Below are positions 1 to 8,797 of a stretch of DNA of 64,000 bases, piece by piece. Source of the DNA: Nitrospirae bacterium JdFR-85 (GTDB lineage: Bacteria; Nitrospirota; Thermodesulfovibrionia; Thermodesulfovibrionales; JdFR-85); the NCBI GenBank assembly GCA_002011745.1, contig MTOU01000013.1, positions 192,279 to 256,278 of the forward strand, written 5' to 3'. Made by a program: the position numbers and the translations under genes. Position 1 is the stretch's first letter. Each line of letters begins with the position of its first letter. The notes under the pieces are model-generated. The model was given only the letters and a program-made list of their open reading frames with translations. It had not been told where the DNA came from and did not search any database.

Positions 1-1355
1 GCTTTCTTTGCCTCTTCACTTAAAGGCACATCTGGAACACTCAACCCCTTAGGGATCTTTATACCAGCCTCAGAGACTGCTCTGAGAACTGAGGCTAAAG
101 ACCCTGCCTCATCCCCTTTAAGGCTTACATGGGCAATCTCTGAGATCTTCGTATCAGTAGAATTTATAACCACAAGCTTTGTACCCCTTGCAACCTTTTT
201 TCTCACCGTAGCATCAATACCTGCAAGGACTCTATCCCATTGAGAGGCATTGAGACCAACCAGCACTATAAGGTCTGCATCCTCTATATCAGCACTTGGC
301 CCAAGCAGTGATGCCTCATCAGCATAAATACTGACTGTGGAGTCATAATTCTTTATACCTGCGGTATCTGCAAACCTCTTCAGAGTAAGTACATCTTCAT
401 TCAGGAGGCTACCAGTAGTAAGAATACCAACCCCACCTGCGTTCTTAAAAATCTCTGCAAGGCTCTGAAGGGCCTCATCCCAGCTTACCTCTTTCAGATC
501 ACCATCTATCCTCTTAAGAGGGGTCTTCAGCCTTGTGTCTGCATTTATAAAATCAAAGCCGAATCTCCCGTAAGCACATATATAACGGTCTGCTCTGCCA
601 ACCTCAGCCCCAATATTCACCTTTGCCACATCCTTTCCATGGACACTCACAATGGTTTTACAGGCACTTCCACAGCTGAGACATACTGAAATGCTTCTTT
701 CATACTCCCATTCCCTGCCTTTTCTCCAGCGGTCTGCTTCAAGGAGAGCATTCACAGGACAGGCATCAACACAACTGCCACAGAAGGTACAGCCTGCCTC
801 CTGAAGGGGTCTATCCTCTGCCGTAACCACCCTTGAACCAACACCACGGCCATAAAAATCAAGTACAGCAGTACCCTGTTCCTTGCATATTCTTACACAT
901 CTGCCACAGAGGATACAGTAGTCAGGATCACGCTTTATAAAGGGGTTTTTGTCATCAACACCAAATCCGAATCTCTTCCTTGTGAAGGAACTCTCTTTCA
1001 CCTCATACTCATAGGCATATCTCTGGAGTTCGCATACACCTGCCTTTGTGCAGGTCATACAATCCAACGGATGCATCGATACAATAAGGTCAACAACAAA
1101 CCTTCTCAGGTCTCTTATCTTCTCACTGTCAGTTGTTACCTCAAGTCCTTCTTTTATTCTGGTATTACATGCAACAGTCATTCTGCCACCAACCTCAACC
1201 ATACACATTCTACAGGCACCAATCCCCTTCATCCCCTTTATATAACAGAAGTTTGGTATATGAATCCCCACAGACTCTGCAGCATCAATAAGATTTGTGC
1301 CTTCTGGGAGTCTGTATTCCTTGCCGTCTATCTTTACCTTTACAAGCTTGGCCAT
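1..1355 (-). CDS. NuoG/formate-dehydrogenase-like Fe-S plus molybdopterin-family oxidoreductase subunit (N-terminal ~451 codons; C-terminus lies beyond the window edge)
   Basis: Minus-strand ORF open to position 1, so it is absent from the supplied track. ATG at 1355-1353 is preceded by AAGGAGG. Translation starts MAKLVKVKIDGKEYRLPEGTNLIDAAE. Motifs in order: GACRMCMVEV (2Fe-2S), HPLDCMTCTKAGVCELQ, CILCGRCVRIC, CTFCGSCVDACP (2x 4Fe-4S), then CLSCGSAC (molybdopterin-oxidoreductase 4Fe-4S domain). Confidence 0.8.
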   Translation of the reverse strand, partial: MAKLVKVKIDGKEYRLPEGTNLIDAAESVGIHIPNFCYIKGMKGIGACRMCMVEVGGRMTVACNTRIKEGLEVTTDSEKIRDLRRFVVDLIVSMHPLDCMTCTKAGVCELQRYAYEYEVKESSFTRKRFGFGVDDKNPFIKRDPDYCILCGRCVRICKEQGTAVLDFYGRGVGSRVVTAEDRPLQEAGCTFCGSCVDACPVNALLEADRWRKGREWEYERSISVCLSCGSACKTIVSVHGKDVAKVNIGAEVGRADRYICAYGRFGFDFINADTRLKTPLKRIDGDLKEVSWDEALQSLAEIFKNAGGVGILTTGSLLNEDVLTLKRFADTAGIKNYDSTVSIYADEASLLGPSADIEDADLIVLVGLNASQWDRVLAGIDATVRKKVARGTKLVVINSTDTKISEIAHVSLKGDEAGSLASVLRAVSEAGIKIPKGLSVPDVPLSEEAKK

Positions 1356-1384
1356 CCTCTTTTCCTCCTTCTTTTATAAATATT

Positions 1385-1990
1385 TCATACTTTTACTGTT
1401 TCTTCCTCTTCTTCCTTAATTCCAATATCTATAATCTCAATCGCATTGTACTTGCATACCTTTACACATTCACCACAGCGGGTACATCTCTCAGGAATAA
1501 TCTCAAAGGGGAGATAACCTGATCTATAGGGCAACTTCTTCTCACCAACAATTGCATAGTCTTTGCACACCTCAAGACAGTCACCACACATGGTGCAATT
1601 ATCAGATATAATTCTGTACACAAAGAGTACCTTACACTGTCTGTCAGGACAACGCCCTTCTGCATGGGCAATATAGATGTCTTCATGGTCTTTTAAACTT
1701 CTATCAATAAAGTCTGCTACATCCTTACCCTTTTTACACAGAGAGGTAACAAACATCCTTGGTGCAATAACCTTTATAATATCCACATCCTTCTTTGCTC
1801 CCTCACCCTCTATAAGTCTTTTCACTCTTATCCTCATCTCATAACTACCCATAGGACAGGGCAGACATCTTCCACACATGGGACCATCAATAAACTCATC
1901 AAGAAGCCTCACAACCCTATGAAGAAGACACCCCTCTTCTTCTATCTCCTTAAAAATATCTTTCAGATTCTTGGTCTCTTTATCACCCAT
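1385..1990 (-). CDS. Fe-S protein: NuoF-C-terminal-type [4Fe-4S] domain fused to a 2x[4Fe-4S] ferredoxin domain
   Basis: 201 aa. MCGRCLPCPMGSYEM...SLCKKG resembles the CxxCxxC...C cluster-binding domain at the NuoF C-terminus. It is followed by CTMCGDCLEVC and CTRCGECVKVC ferredoxin motifs. It parallels the C-terminal third of the adjacent 630-aa protein. Confidence 0.7.
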   Translation of the reverse strand: MGDKETKNLKDIFKEIEEEGCLLHRVVRLLDEFIDGPMCGRCLPCPMGSYEMRIRVKRLIEGEGAKKDVDIIKVIAPRMFVTSLCKKGKDVADFIDRSLKDHEDIYIAHAEGRCPDRQCKVLFVYRIISDNCTMCGDCLEVCKDYAIVGEKKLPYRSGYLPFEIIPERCTRCGECVKVCKYNAIEIIDIGIKEEEEETVKV

Positions 1991-2002
1991 AGAGCCTCCT
2001 TA

Positions 2003-3895
2003 TTAAGCCTTCGATTTAGCAACTGTACCTTTTCTTGGTACCTTCTCCACCTTTACCGCATCTATTGGACAGGCAAGATAACAGGCCTTACACTTTACAC
2101 ACAAAGTCTGATCAATATAGAACTTATCTCTCAACTCCTTTACAGCCCCATATGCACAGGCCTGTTTGCATAAACCACAGAGGAAACACTCTTTCTGTTC
2201 TATTCTGAAAAGCCCGAGACCATTACATACCTTGGCTCTGCAGTATTTGTCGTAGACATGCTCCTCATACTCCTCTCTGAAGTATTTCAATGTACTGAGT
2301 ATGGGATTGGGTGCACTCATACCAAGTCCACACAATGAGGCTGCCTTTACTTTATTGGCTATCTCTTCAAGCCTCTCAAGGTCTTCTGGTTCACCCTTAC
2401 CAGAGGTTATCCGATCAAGGATCTGCAGCATCTGATAGGTTCCGATTCTACAGGGAGGACATTTTCCACAGGATTCTGACTGAGTAAAGGATAAAAAGTA
2501 CCGTGCCACATCCACCATACAAGTATCCTCATCCATCACAACCATACCACCAGAGCCCATCATGGAACCCACTTCCCAGAGAGAGTCAAAATCAACAGGT
2601 GTATCCAGATACTCCTCTGGTATACATCCTCCTGAGGGACCACCTGTCTGGACAGCCTTGAATTTCTTGTCACCGAGGATTCCTCCACCAATATCGAATA
2701 TTATCTCTCTAAGGGTTGTACCCATTGGAACCTCAACCAGACCTGTATTCTTCACCTTACCAGTGAGTGCGAACACCTTTGTGCCAGGCGAGCTTTCCGT
2801 ACCAATGCTACGGAACCAGTCTGCTCCTTTCTCTATTATTATCGGGACATTGGCAAAGGTCTCGATATTGTTTAGATTAGCAGGATATCCCCACGGACCG
2901 CCTCCAGGTTCTGAGACCCTTGGTGGTCTTGCCCTTGGGAAACCTCTGTTGCCCTCAATTGAGGCGACAAGGGCTGTGGCCTCACCACATACAAAGGCCC
3001 CTGCACCTTCACGGATATGGAGATAAAAACTGAAATCTGTACCAAGGATATTATCTCCCAGCAGTCCCAGCTCCTCTGCCTGCCTTATGGCGATACTAAG
3101 ATTCTTCACTGCAAGGGGGTATTCATGTCTCACATAAATGAAACCATAACGAGCCTCGATCGCATAGGCACAAAGGAGCATACCTTCTATCAGACTATGG
3201 GGATCTCCTTCCATAATGGCCCTGTCCATAAATGCACCAGGGTCGCCTTCGTCTCCATTGGCGATCACCATCTTGATCTTGCCTGGTGCATGCTTTGTAT
3301 GTCGCCATTTTCTGCCCGCAGGAAAGCCTGCACCACCCCGGCCACGGAGATTTGCCCTGTCTACCTCATCCAGTACTTCATCAGGTGTCATGCTGCTCAA
3401 AGCCTTCTGCAGTGCCGAATAACCGCCCACAGCTATGTAGTGATATATATTTGTGGGATCAATCCTCCCATTATTCCTGAGAGCAACTCTCATCTGTTTC
3501 TTGTAAAAAGGTACTTCTTCCATCAACTCATAAGGTTCTCTGTAGACATACTCTCTCAAAAGAAGGTGCCTTACAGGATATCCACCTGCAAGGGTGCTTG
3601 TCACAATAGCATCTGCATCATCCTTTTTTACCCTCTGGTAGAAGTAACCAAAGGGTTCCACCTTCATAACAGGCCCCTTCTGACAGAGCCCCTGACAGCC
3701 TGTCTTTACTATCTGTATATCAAGACCTCTCTCTTTTGCCTTCCGCTCAATCTCTTCAATCACCTTGAGACTGCCTGAAGCCATACAGGCAGTGCCTGCA
3801 CATGCCCTTATCCTCTCTTTCTCTGGAGGAAAGGTCTCCTCTTGTAACAGCAATCTCAGGTTCTGTAGTTCTTCAATACTCTTCAGCCTACCCAT
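2003..3895 (-). CDS. NuoF/HydB-like NAD(H)- and FMN-binding subunit with N-terminal 2Fe-2S domain and C-terminal 2x[4Fe-4S]
   Basis: 630 aa. Motifs: GRGGAGFPAGRKW (FMN site), GDEGDPGAF (NADH site), SCGKCPPCRIGT...SLCGLG (N3 cluster). N-terminal CAGTACMASG...CQGLCQKGP looks like a thioredoxin-like 2Fe-2S domain. C-terminal CFLCGLCKQAC and CVKCKACYLACP. Confidence 0.9.
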   Translation of the reverse strand: MGRLKSIEELQNLRLLLQEETFPPEKERIRACAGTACMASGSLKVIEEIERKAKERGLDIQIVKTGCQGLCQKGPVMKVEPFGYFYQRVKKDDADAIVTSTLAGGYPVRHLLLREYVYREPYELMEEVPFYKKQMRVALRNNGRIDPTNIYHYIAVGGYSALQKALSSMTPDEVLDEVDRANLRGRGGAGFPAGRKWRHTKHAPGKIKMVIANGDEGDPGAFMDRAIMEGDPHSLIEGMLLCAYAIEARYGFIYVRHEYPLAVKNLSIAIRQAEELGLLGDNILGTDFSFYLHIREGAGAFVCGEATALVASIEGNRGFPRARPPRVSEPGGGPWGYPANLNNIETFANVPIIIEKGADWFRSIGTESSPGTKVFALTGKVKNTGLVEVPMGTTLREIIFDIGGGILGDKKFKAVQTGGPSGGCIPEEYLDTPVDFDSLWEVGSMMGSGGMVVMDEDTCMVDVARYFLSFTQSESCGKCPPCRIGTYQMLQILDRITSGKGEPEDLERLEEIANKVKAASLCGLGMSAPNPILSTLKYFREEYEEHVYDKYCRAKVCNGLGLFRIEQKECFLCGLCKQACAYGAVKELRDKFYIDQTLCVKCKACYLACPIDAVKVEKVPRKGTVAKSKA

Positions 3896-3897
3896 AT

Positions 3898-4386
3898 CTA
3901 TTCCTCGCTTTCTATTGTCTTGATCAGTTCATCTACCTTTTTCGGTGTTAGCTCTCCAACTACCTCTTCATTCACCGTCACCACAGGAGCCAATCCACAA
4001 CAACCCACACATCCTACGGTCTCAAGGGTCATTGCAAGATCCTCTGTGGTTTCACCTACTTCTATATCAAAATGTTTTTGTATTTTCTCCAGTACCTTAG
4101 GCGCGCCTCTAACATGACATGCCGTTCCCATACATACACGGACTATCTTTCGTCCTCTGGGAGTGAAATGAAACTGGTGATAGAAACTCGCTACACTGTA
4201 TATCTCTGCTAAAGGGAGTTCCAACTTTTTTGAAAGCCTCTGAAGGACCTCTCCAGGAAGATAACCATAATCTTCCTGAATCCTATGTAATGTGGTAATG
4301 AGGATTCCCTTCTTTTTGTCATGCTCACATAAGACCTCTCCTACCTTTCCTATCTCTTTTTCCACATCAAGTGCTTCAATATCCAT
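3898..4386 (-). CDS. NuoE/HydC-like [2Fe-2S] subunit
   Basis: CMGTACHVRG...CVGCCGLAPVV is the 2Fe-2S motif of NuoE. I prefer the ATG at 4386 (MDIEAL...), which has GGGAGG 6 nt upstream, over the track start at 4410. Confidence 0.85.
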   Translation of the reverse strand: MDIEALDVEKEIGKVGEVLCEHDKKKGILITTLHRIQEDYGYLPGEVLQRLSKKLELPLAEIYSVASFYHQFHFTPRGRKIVRVCMGTACHVRGAPKVLEKIQKHFDIEVGETTEDLAMTLETVGCVGCCGLAPVVTVNEEVVGELTPKKVDELIKTIESEE

Positions 4387-4424
4387 CCTCAACCTCCCTT
4401 TATATATCAATAATGCTGTTTGTC

Positions 4425-6410
4425 CTATAATCCCTCATGTGTTCTTGCTGCCTTCTCAAGCTTACGCCTATCTTCCATGCTCATTAGCTTCCTTTCCACA
4501 CCGAATCTGCCTGGCTCGTATTTTCTCAGCTTCAACTCCTCCCTTGCCCTATCAATGTAGTTATATGTGAGTTGAAGTATCTTCTCTGGATCAGGCTCAA
4601 AGTGCAGTGCTCCCTTGAATCTCTCGAACCAGACCTCTGTCATTATTCTTGTAACCTCTTCACTGGCACCAACAGGAGACTCACCACCAAATATCACTGG
4701 TACTCCAGAGGCTGCAAAGTAACAGCCAATTGCGATCGCCTTTTCACTCATCCACTCAGGAGCAATACCCACTCCAGGCATACCACCTATCTCATCAGAT
4801 AAACCGCCTTCTGCAGCCATAGCAGTGAGGATTGTGAGAATCCTGGAGTTGTCTACACAGGCACCCACGTGCAGTATAGGAGGAATTCCTATAGCCTCAC
4901 ACACCTCTCTAAGACCTGGACCAGCATGTTCAAGTGCCATCTCAGGTGTCAGATATCCCGCAGTTCCACAGGCAGCAGAGCCACATCCCGTAGAAACAAC
5001 AAGGACATCGTTCTTTATCAATTCTGTTGCCAGATATCTATGTATCCCTGTTGAAGGCACCCTTGAATTATCACACCCTGCAAGACCAACAACTCCTCGA
5101 ATCCTTCCAGCAATAATAGCATCATTCAATGGTCTGAAGGATGCCCTGAACTGTCCACCCTGCATATATTCAATATATTCATGAGAGAAGCCACCAATCA
5201 ATGGATACTTGTCAGTAACATGACTTCCCTCTGTCTTACGATTAGGGAAATTATCAATCGCCAGTTTCACAATCTCTCTTGCCACCTCCCTGGCCCTGTG
5301 TTCATCATACTCAATATGGATAGCACCGGGTATCTTCGCCTTTTCAGAAGTGGTTATCACCTTTGTATGAAACTTCTTACTGAGCTCAGCAATAGCAGGC
5401 ATAATGCACTGCACATCAACAGCAATTGCATCAACAAGGCCAGTCATTATCCCGAGTTCCTGATTTGTAAAACCTCCTGCTGTAGGAATACCATGTCTCA
5501 TCAAAACCTCATTTGCAGTACAGCACATTCCACCAAGATTTATTCCCTTTGCACCTTTACTTTTTGCATACTCTATCATCTCAGGCTCACTTACTACATC
5601 GACTATCATCTCAGCCAGAGAGGGTTCATGCCCATGAACTACAATATTCACCTCATCCTCTTTAAAAATGCCAAAACTGGCCTCTGCCCTTACAGGCTTT
5701 GGAGTGCCAAAGAGTATGTCACTTATATCGGTTGATATCATGCAACCGCCCCAACCATCAGCAAGGGCAGTCCTTAGGCCATGTGTCAGAAGATGGTCAG
5801 GATCATGGTCAACACCAATGGATGTCCTGTGCATAGCCTCAACAACCTCGCGGTCAATGCCCCTGGGAGCAACACCCCATTTCTCCCATCTCTCCTGTGT
5901 CTTCTTCGGTGCCCTTCTGAGATAATGGAGTCTCCCCTTCTGCCTGGTAAAGTCCTCAAGAAACTTAAGAGCCACTTCACGGGCAACGGTGTTAACAGAC
6001 CTTCCCTCTATCTCAACACCAAGGTAGCCTGCAACACGGTAGAGTTTTCTCACATCCTTGATCTCAAAATCCTTTGTCTTCTCTTCTGCAACTGCAAGAA
6101 GTGTAAATACCATGTCACGGGCATGGTCACTGTGTGCAGCAGTGCCTGCTGCAATCATACGAACCAGATTTCTCGCAACCACCGTGGGCAATGTGGCACC
6201 ACATATACCTCGGGCATTGTCTTCTGCATCCTGTCCTACAAGCCTACATGGTCCCATATGGCAGACCCTACAGCACGCACCACTCTCACCAATAGGACAG
6301 GGTTTCAGTCTCTGGGCCCTCTCAAAACAGGTCTCAAGGTGATGCTCTTCTGCCCACTCAACTATCTTCTCTGCTGCCTCATTAGCACTCCTTAGTATCT
6401 TATTAGTCAT
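4425..6410 (-). CDS. cooS: Ni-dependent carbon monoxide dehydrogenase catalytic subunit
   Basis: 661 aa. N-terminal CPIGESGACCRVCHMGPCRL (B/D-cluster cysteines), then HGHEP, GMCCTANE and TGCGSAACG, which are typical CooS/AcsA motifs. Confidence 0.95.
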   Translation of the reverse strand: MTNKILRSANEAAEKIVEWAEEHHLETCFERAQRLKPCPIGESGACCRVCHMGPCRLVGQDAEDNARGICGATLPTVVARNLVRMIAAGTAAHSDHARDMVFTLLAVAEEKTKDFEIKDVRKLYRVAGYLGVEIEGRSVNTVAREVALKFLEDFTRQKGRLHYLRRAPKKTQERWEKWGVAPRGIDREVVEAMHRTSIGVDHDPDHLLTHGLRTALADGWGGCMISTDISDILFGTPKPVRAEASFGIFKEDEVNIVVHGHEPSLAEMIVDVVSEPEMIEYAKSKGAKGINLGGMCCTANEVLMRHGIPTAGGFTNQELGIMTGLVDAIAVDVQCIMPAIAELSKKFHTKVITTSEKAKIPGAIHIEYDEHRAREVAREIVKLAIDNFPNRKTEGSHVTDKYPLIGGFSHEYIEYMQGGQFRASFRPLNDAIIAGRIRGVVGLAGCDNSRVPSTGIHRYLATELIKNDVLVVSTGCGSAACGTAGYLTPEMALEHAGPGLREVCEAIGIPPILHVGACVDNSRILTILTAMAAEGGLSDEIGGMPGVGIAPEWMSEKAIAIGCYFAASGVPVIFGGESPVGASEEVTRIMTEVWFERFKGALHFEPDPEKILQLTYNYIDRAREELKLRKYEPGRFGVERKLMSMEDRRKLEKAARTHEGL

Positions 6411-6446
6411 CTTTAAACCTCCACATTTGTAAGGTTAATTTCAAGG

Positions 6447-8660
6447 TTAAATCATGGGCTCCATCTCTAATGCCGGATGCCCAACCTGTGTTAAAAACTC
6501 AAGAAGCTTTTCTGAGTCTTCACAGATTGTCTCATCTGCTATCTTATCAAGAAGATCAGGTACACCCTCTTCTGCTGCCCTCTGTTGAAACTTCTCCTTC
6601 ACCCTTTCCTTCAGGGCCTTTGTCATCCATACTATCCTCTTTATACCACCATCACCATGGAGGAACTTCTTACTGGTTATAAAATTCACACCAACCCCCA
6701 TGAATCCAGGCGTCTGCACACCTCCACCCACTGTACCTGCCAAGGTGGAGAACTTCATACCAATAGGGGTCATACCTGTATGTCCCCTCTGCACTATCAT
6801 CACTCCATTCGCCTCAGGAATAATGGCAACTATACACTCAAAACAGCCACAGGATGTCATTGGGTTTTCCATTATTGTGTAAAGATTGAGTGTCTCTACT
6901 GCCCCACCCGATGCCTTCTTCAGATATTCATCCACACCTGTGTATCTTCCGTATTTCGGATCAACCAACTCTCCCTTTGGTATAGGCTGGTTTCCACCTG
7001 TGGGGTCTATCTCGTAGGCTGCCTTACAGTCAAGCCAGTTATAAGCTCCACAGAGGCCAAGCCTCTCTGGAGTGATTACACAGACATGGGTAGGAGCAAA
7101 GGACTGACAGAGCAGACAGGAGTAAAAGGTATCTACTGATTCATCAGTGAGGGCCTCAAGCCTCTTGTCTCTTTCTCTCCATTCTACCCTTGCCAGCTCA
7201 CACCACTTCTTAACATCCTCCTCGTCTGTAAAAAGGGTCACCTGCACCTTATCCACTATTGCACTGAACCGTTTATGGGTCATCGCATGGTGTATCTTGG
7301 CGATGTCCTCAAGTGTGAAGCCTGCCTGCTTGGCAGCATGGCTTATTCTGATCCAATTTATATCCCTCTGGCCCATATGCCAGATCCCCTGCCCCTCATT
7401 TATGTTATGATGCAGCCTCCTTTCAATAATGGGGAGAAAATCGGGCTGCATCTTTCTGCCAGCCACCTCAACGAGTATACCGAGAGGCATTATACCTCCC
7501 TGCTCATACCTCTCCTTCCAGTTATCACCCACTATCTCAATTTTCCCATCCTCTATCTCATCCATCTCCCTCAACCTTACCCATTCAAAGGCAGGGGAAC
7601 GGGTTCCACCAAACTCAATAAATGTCTCCTCTTTACGTATCCTCTCACCCTCAAATGCAGGCCCATAGGCTATGGGTATTGGTGGCTTGTCCACTATCAC
7701 CTTAAGCCCTCTCACCTCAATCGCCCTCTGTACGATCTTGCTGTGATCAAGCTCCTTATCTACCTCTTCATAAGTACATACACCTGTAGGATGTATCACA
7801 GGCACATCAGTATCACAGATGGCAGGGAATCCCATATTTATAGCCCCTGCACCAGTGGCCCACTTGATATCATCCAGTTCACCCAGCACCAGCGCAAAGG
7901 CAAAGACCCTGTCCTTTGTGTATTTAAGATTGCTTCTGTAGTCTCCTCCTTTATGTCCACCAAAGATCAGGGATGCCCTGATCGCCCAGTCAAGTGCATA
8001 GAGGGTATGCTCTGTCTCTGGACCCAAGGGCACTACATAGACATCCCATCCCAGTTCTATTTTATTCCTTAGGAGCTGGTGAGTCACGCTGGTGAGGTTA
8101 CCATTCTTGTCCCTTGCCTTACCAGAAAGGAAGACAAGGATGTTCTTTTCCTGAAGCTCCCTCACAATCTTCACAGCAGTCTCATCATCAGGAGCAGCTC
8201 CGATGATCGCAGCAAACCCTGGCATTCTTCCATCAACCAACTGTATACCCAGGTTACGCTGTATGGTGTCCGTTATAAAGCCATTGTATTCATAGCCTGT
8301 TTCAGGATCCTTTACAGGTTCAAGTCCTTCTATGTATCTCAACGCAAGCCATATCTCCTCCGCAAAGAGTGTTGCCATTCCACTGTCAAGGGCCTCACCA
8401 AGATAGGGCTTCCAAATCTTGTCCTCAGGCTCCTCATGCAGCAGTTCCTGGGCCATCCTCAAGGCCTCTTTCATGTCTTTAAGGGTCTTTACCTCAAAAC
8501 CTGTAATCGCATATATCATTGGAAGGTAAAAGGCGGTATCAGGAAATTCAAAGTGATAATCTTCTCCCTTTTCTGCTATCACCTTCTGAAGCAGTTCTTC
8601 TGCATTTCTGCACACTTTATGTGCCCCTCTGATGGCAGCCGAGGCGATTATCTTCGACAT
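6447..8660 (-). CDS. acsB: Acetyl-CoA synthase (CODH/ACS alpha subunit)
   Basis: 737 aa. A-cluster region SCLLCQSFAPTHVCVITPERLGLCG and TSCGCFECIV. Length and context fit. Confidence 0.95.
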   Translation of the reverse strand: MSKIIASAAIRGAHKVCRNAEELLQKVIAEKGEDYHFEFPDTAFYLPMIYAITGFEVKTLKDMKEALRMAQELLHEEPEDKIWKPYLGEALDSGMATLFAEEIWLALRYIEGLEPVKDPETGYEYNGFITDTIQRNLGIQLVDGRMPGFAAIIGAAPDDETAVKIVRELQEKNILVFLSGKARDKNGNLTSVTHQLLRNKIELGWDVYVVPLGPETEHTLYALDWAIRASLIFGGHKGGDYRSNLKYTKDRVFAFALVLGELDDIKWATGAGAINMGFPAICDTDVPVIHPTGVCTYEEVDKELDHSKIVQRAIEVRGLKVIVDKPPIPIAYGPAFEGERIRKEETFIEFGGTRSPAFEWVRLREMDEIEDGKIEIVGDNWKERYEQGGIMPLGILVEVAGRKMQPDFLPIIERRLHHNINEGQGIWHMGQRDINWIRISHAAKQAGFTLEDIAKIHHAMTHKRFSAIVDKVQVTLFTDEEDVKKWCELARVEWRERDKRLEALTDESVDTFYSCLLCQSFAPTHVCVITPERLGLCGAYNWLDCKAAYEIDPTGGNQPIPKGELVDPKYGRYTGVDEYLKKASGGAVETLNLYTIMENPMTSCGCFECIVAIIPEANGVMIVQRGHTGMTPIGMKFSTLAGTVGGGVQTPGFMGVGVNFITSKKFLHGDGGIKRIVWMTKALKERVKEKFQQRAAEEGVPDLLDKIADETICEDSEKLLEFLTQVGHPALEMEPMI

Positions 8661-8797
8661 CCTAACCTCCTAATAATAATTTTTAATCTCAAAACTCACT
8701 CCACCCAAACTCTAAGGAACCACAAACCATTACTTTTTTAAATTTTTAAATATATAACTTTATAAAGTCAACCATTCAATCTTCTGATTAAAATATC

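Noticed and set aside
1-1355. Calling the partial large subunit a formate dehydrogenase (FdhA) or an [FeFe]-hydrogenase (HydA).
   Set aside because: The visible part has no Cys or Sec-His at the FDH catalytic position and no H-cluster motifs. Only the generic NuoG/FDH-like architecture can be supported without the C-terminal part.
2562-3778. Plus-strand ORFs of 154 and 253 aa (2562-3026, 3017-3778), and shorter ones, lying over the NuoF-like gene.
   Set aside because: They are antisense to a 630-aa ORF with unambiguous FMN, NADH and Fe-S motifs. Their translations are low-complexity and have no recognisable motifs or ribosome-binding sites.
5181-8741. Plus-strand ORFs of 184, 204, 184, 265 and 220 aa inside cooS and acsB.
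   Set aside because: They are shadow ORFs antisense to highly conserved CODH and ACS coding sequence, with no independent coding evidence.
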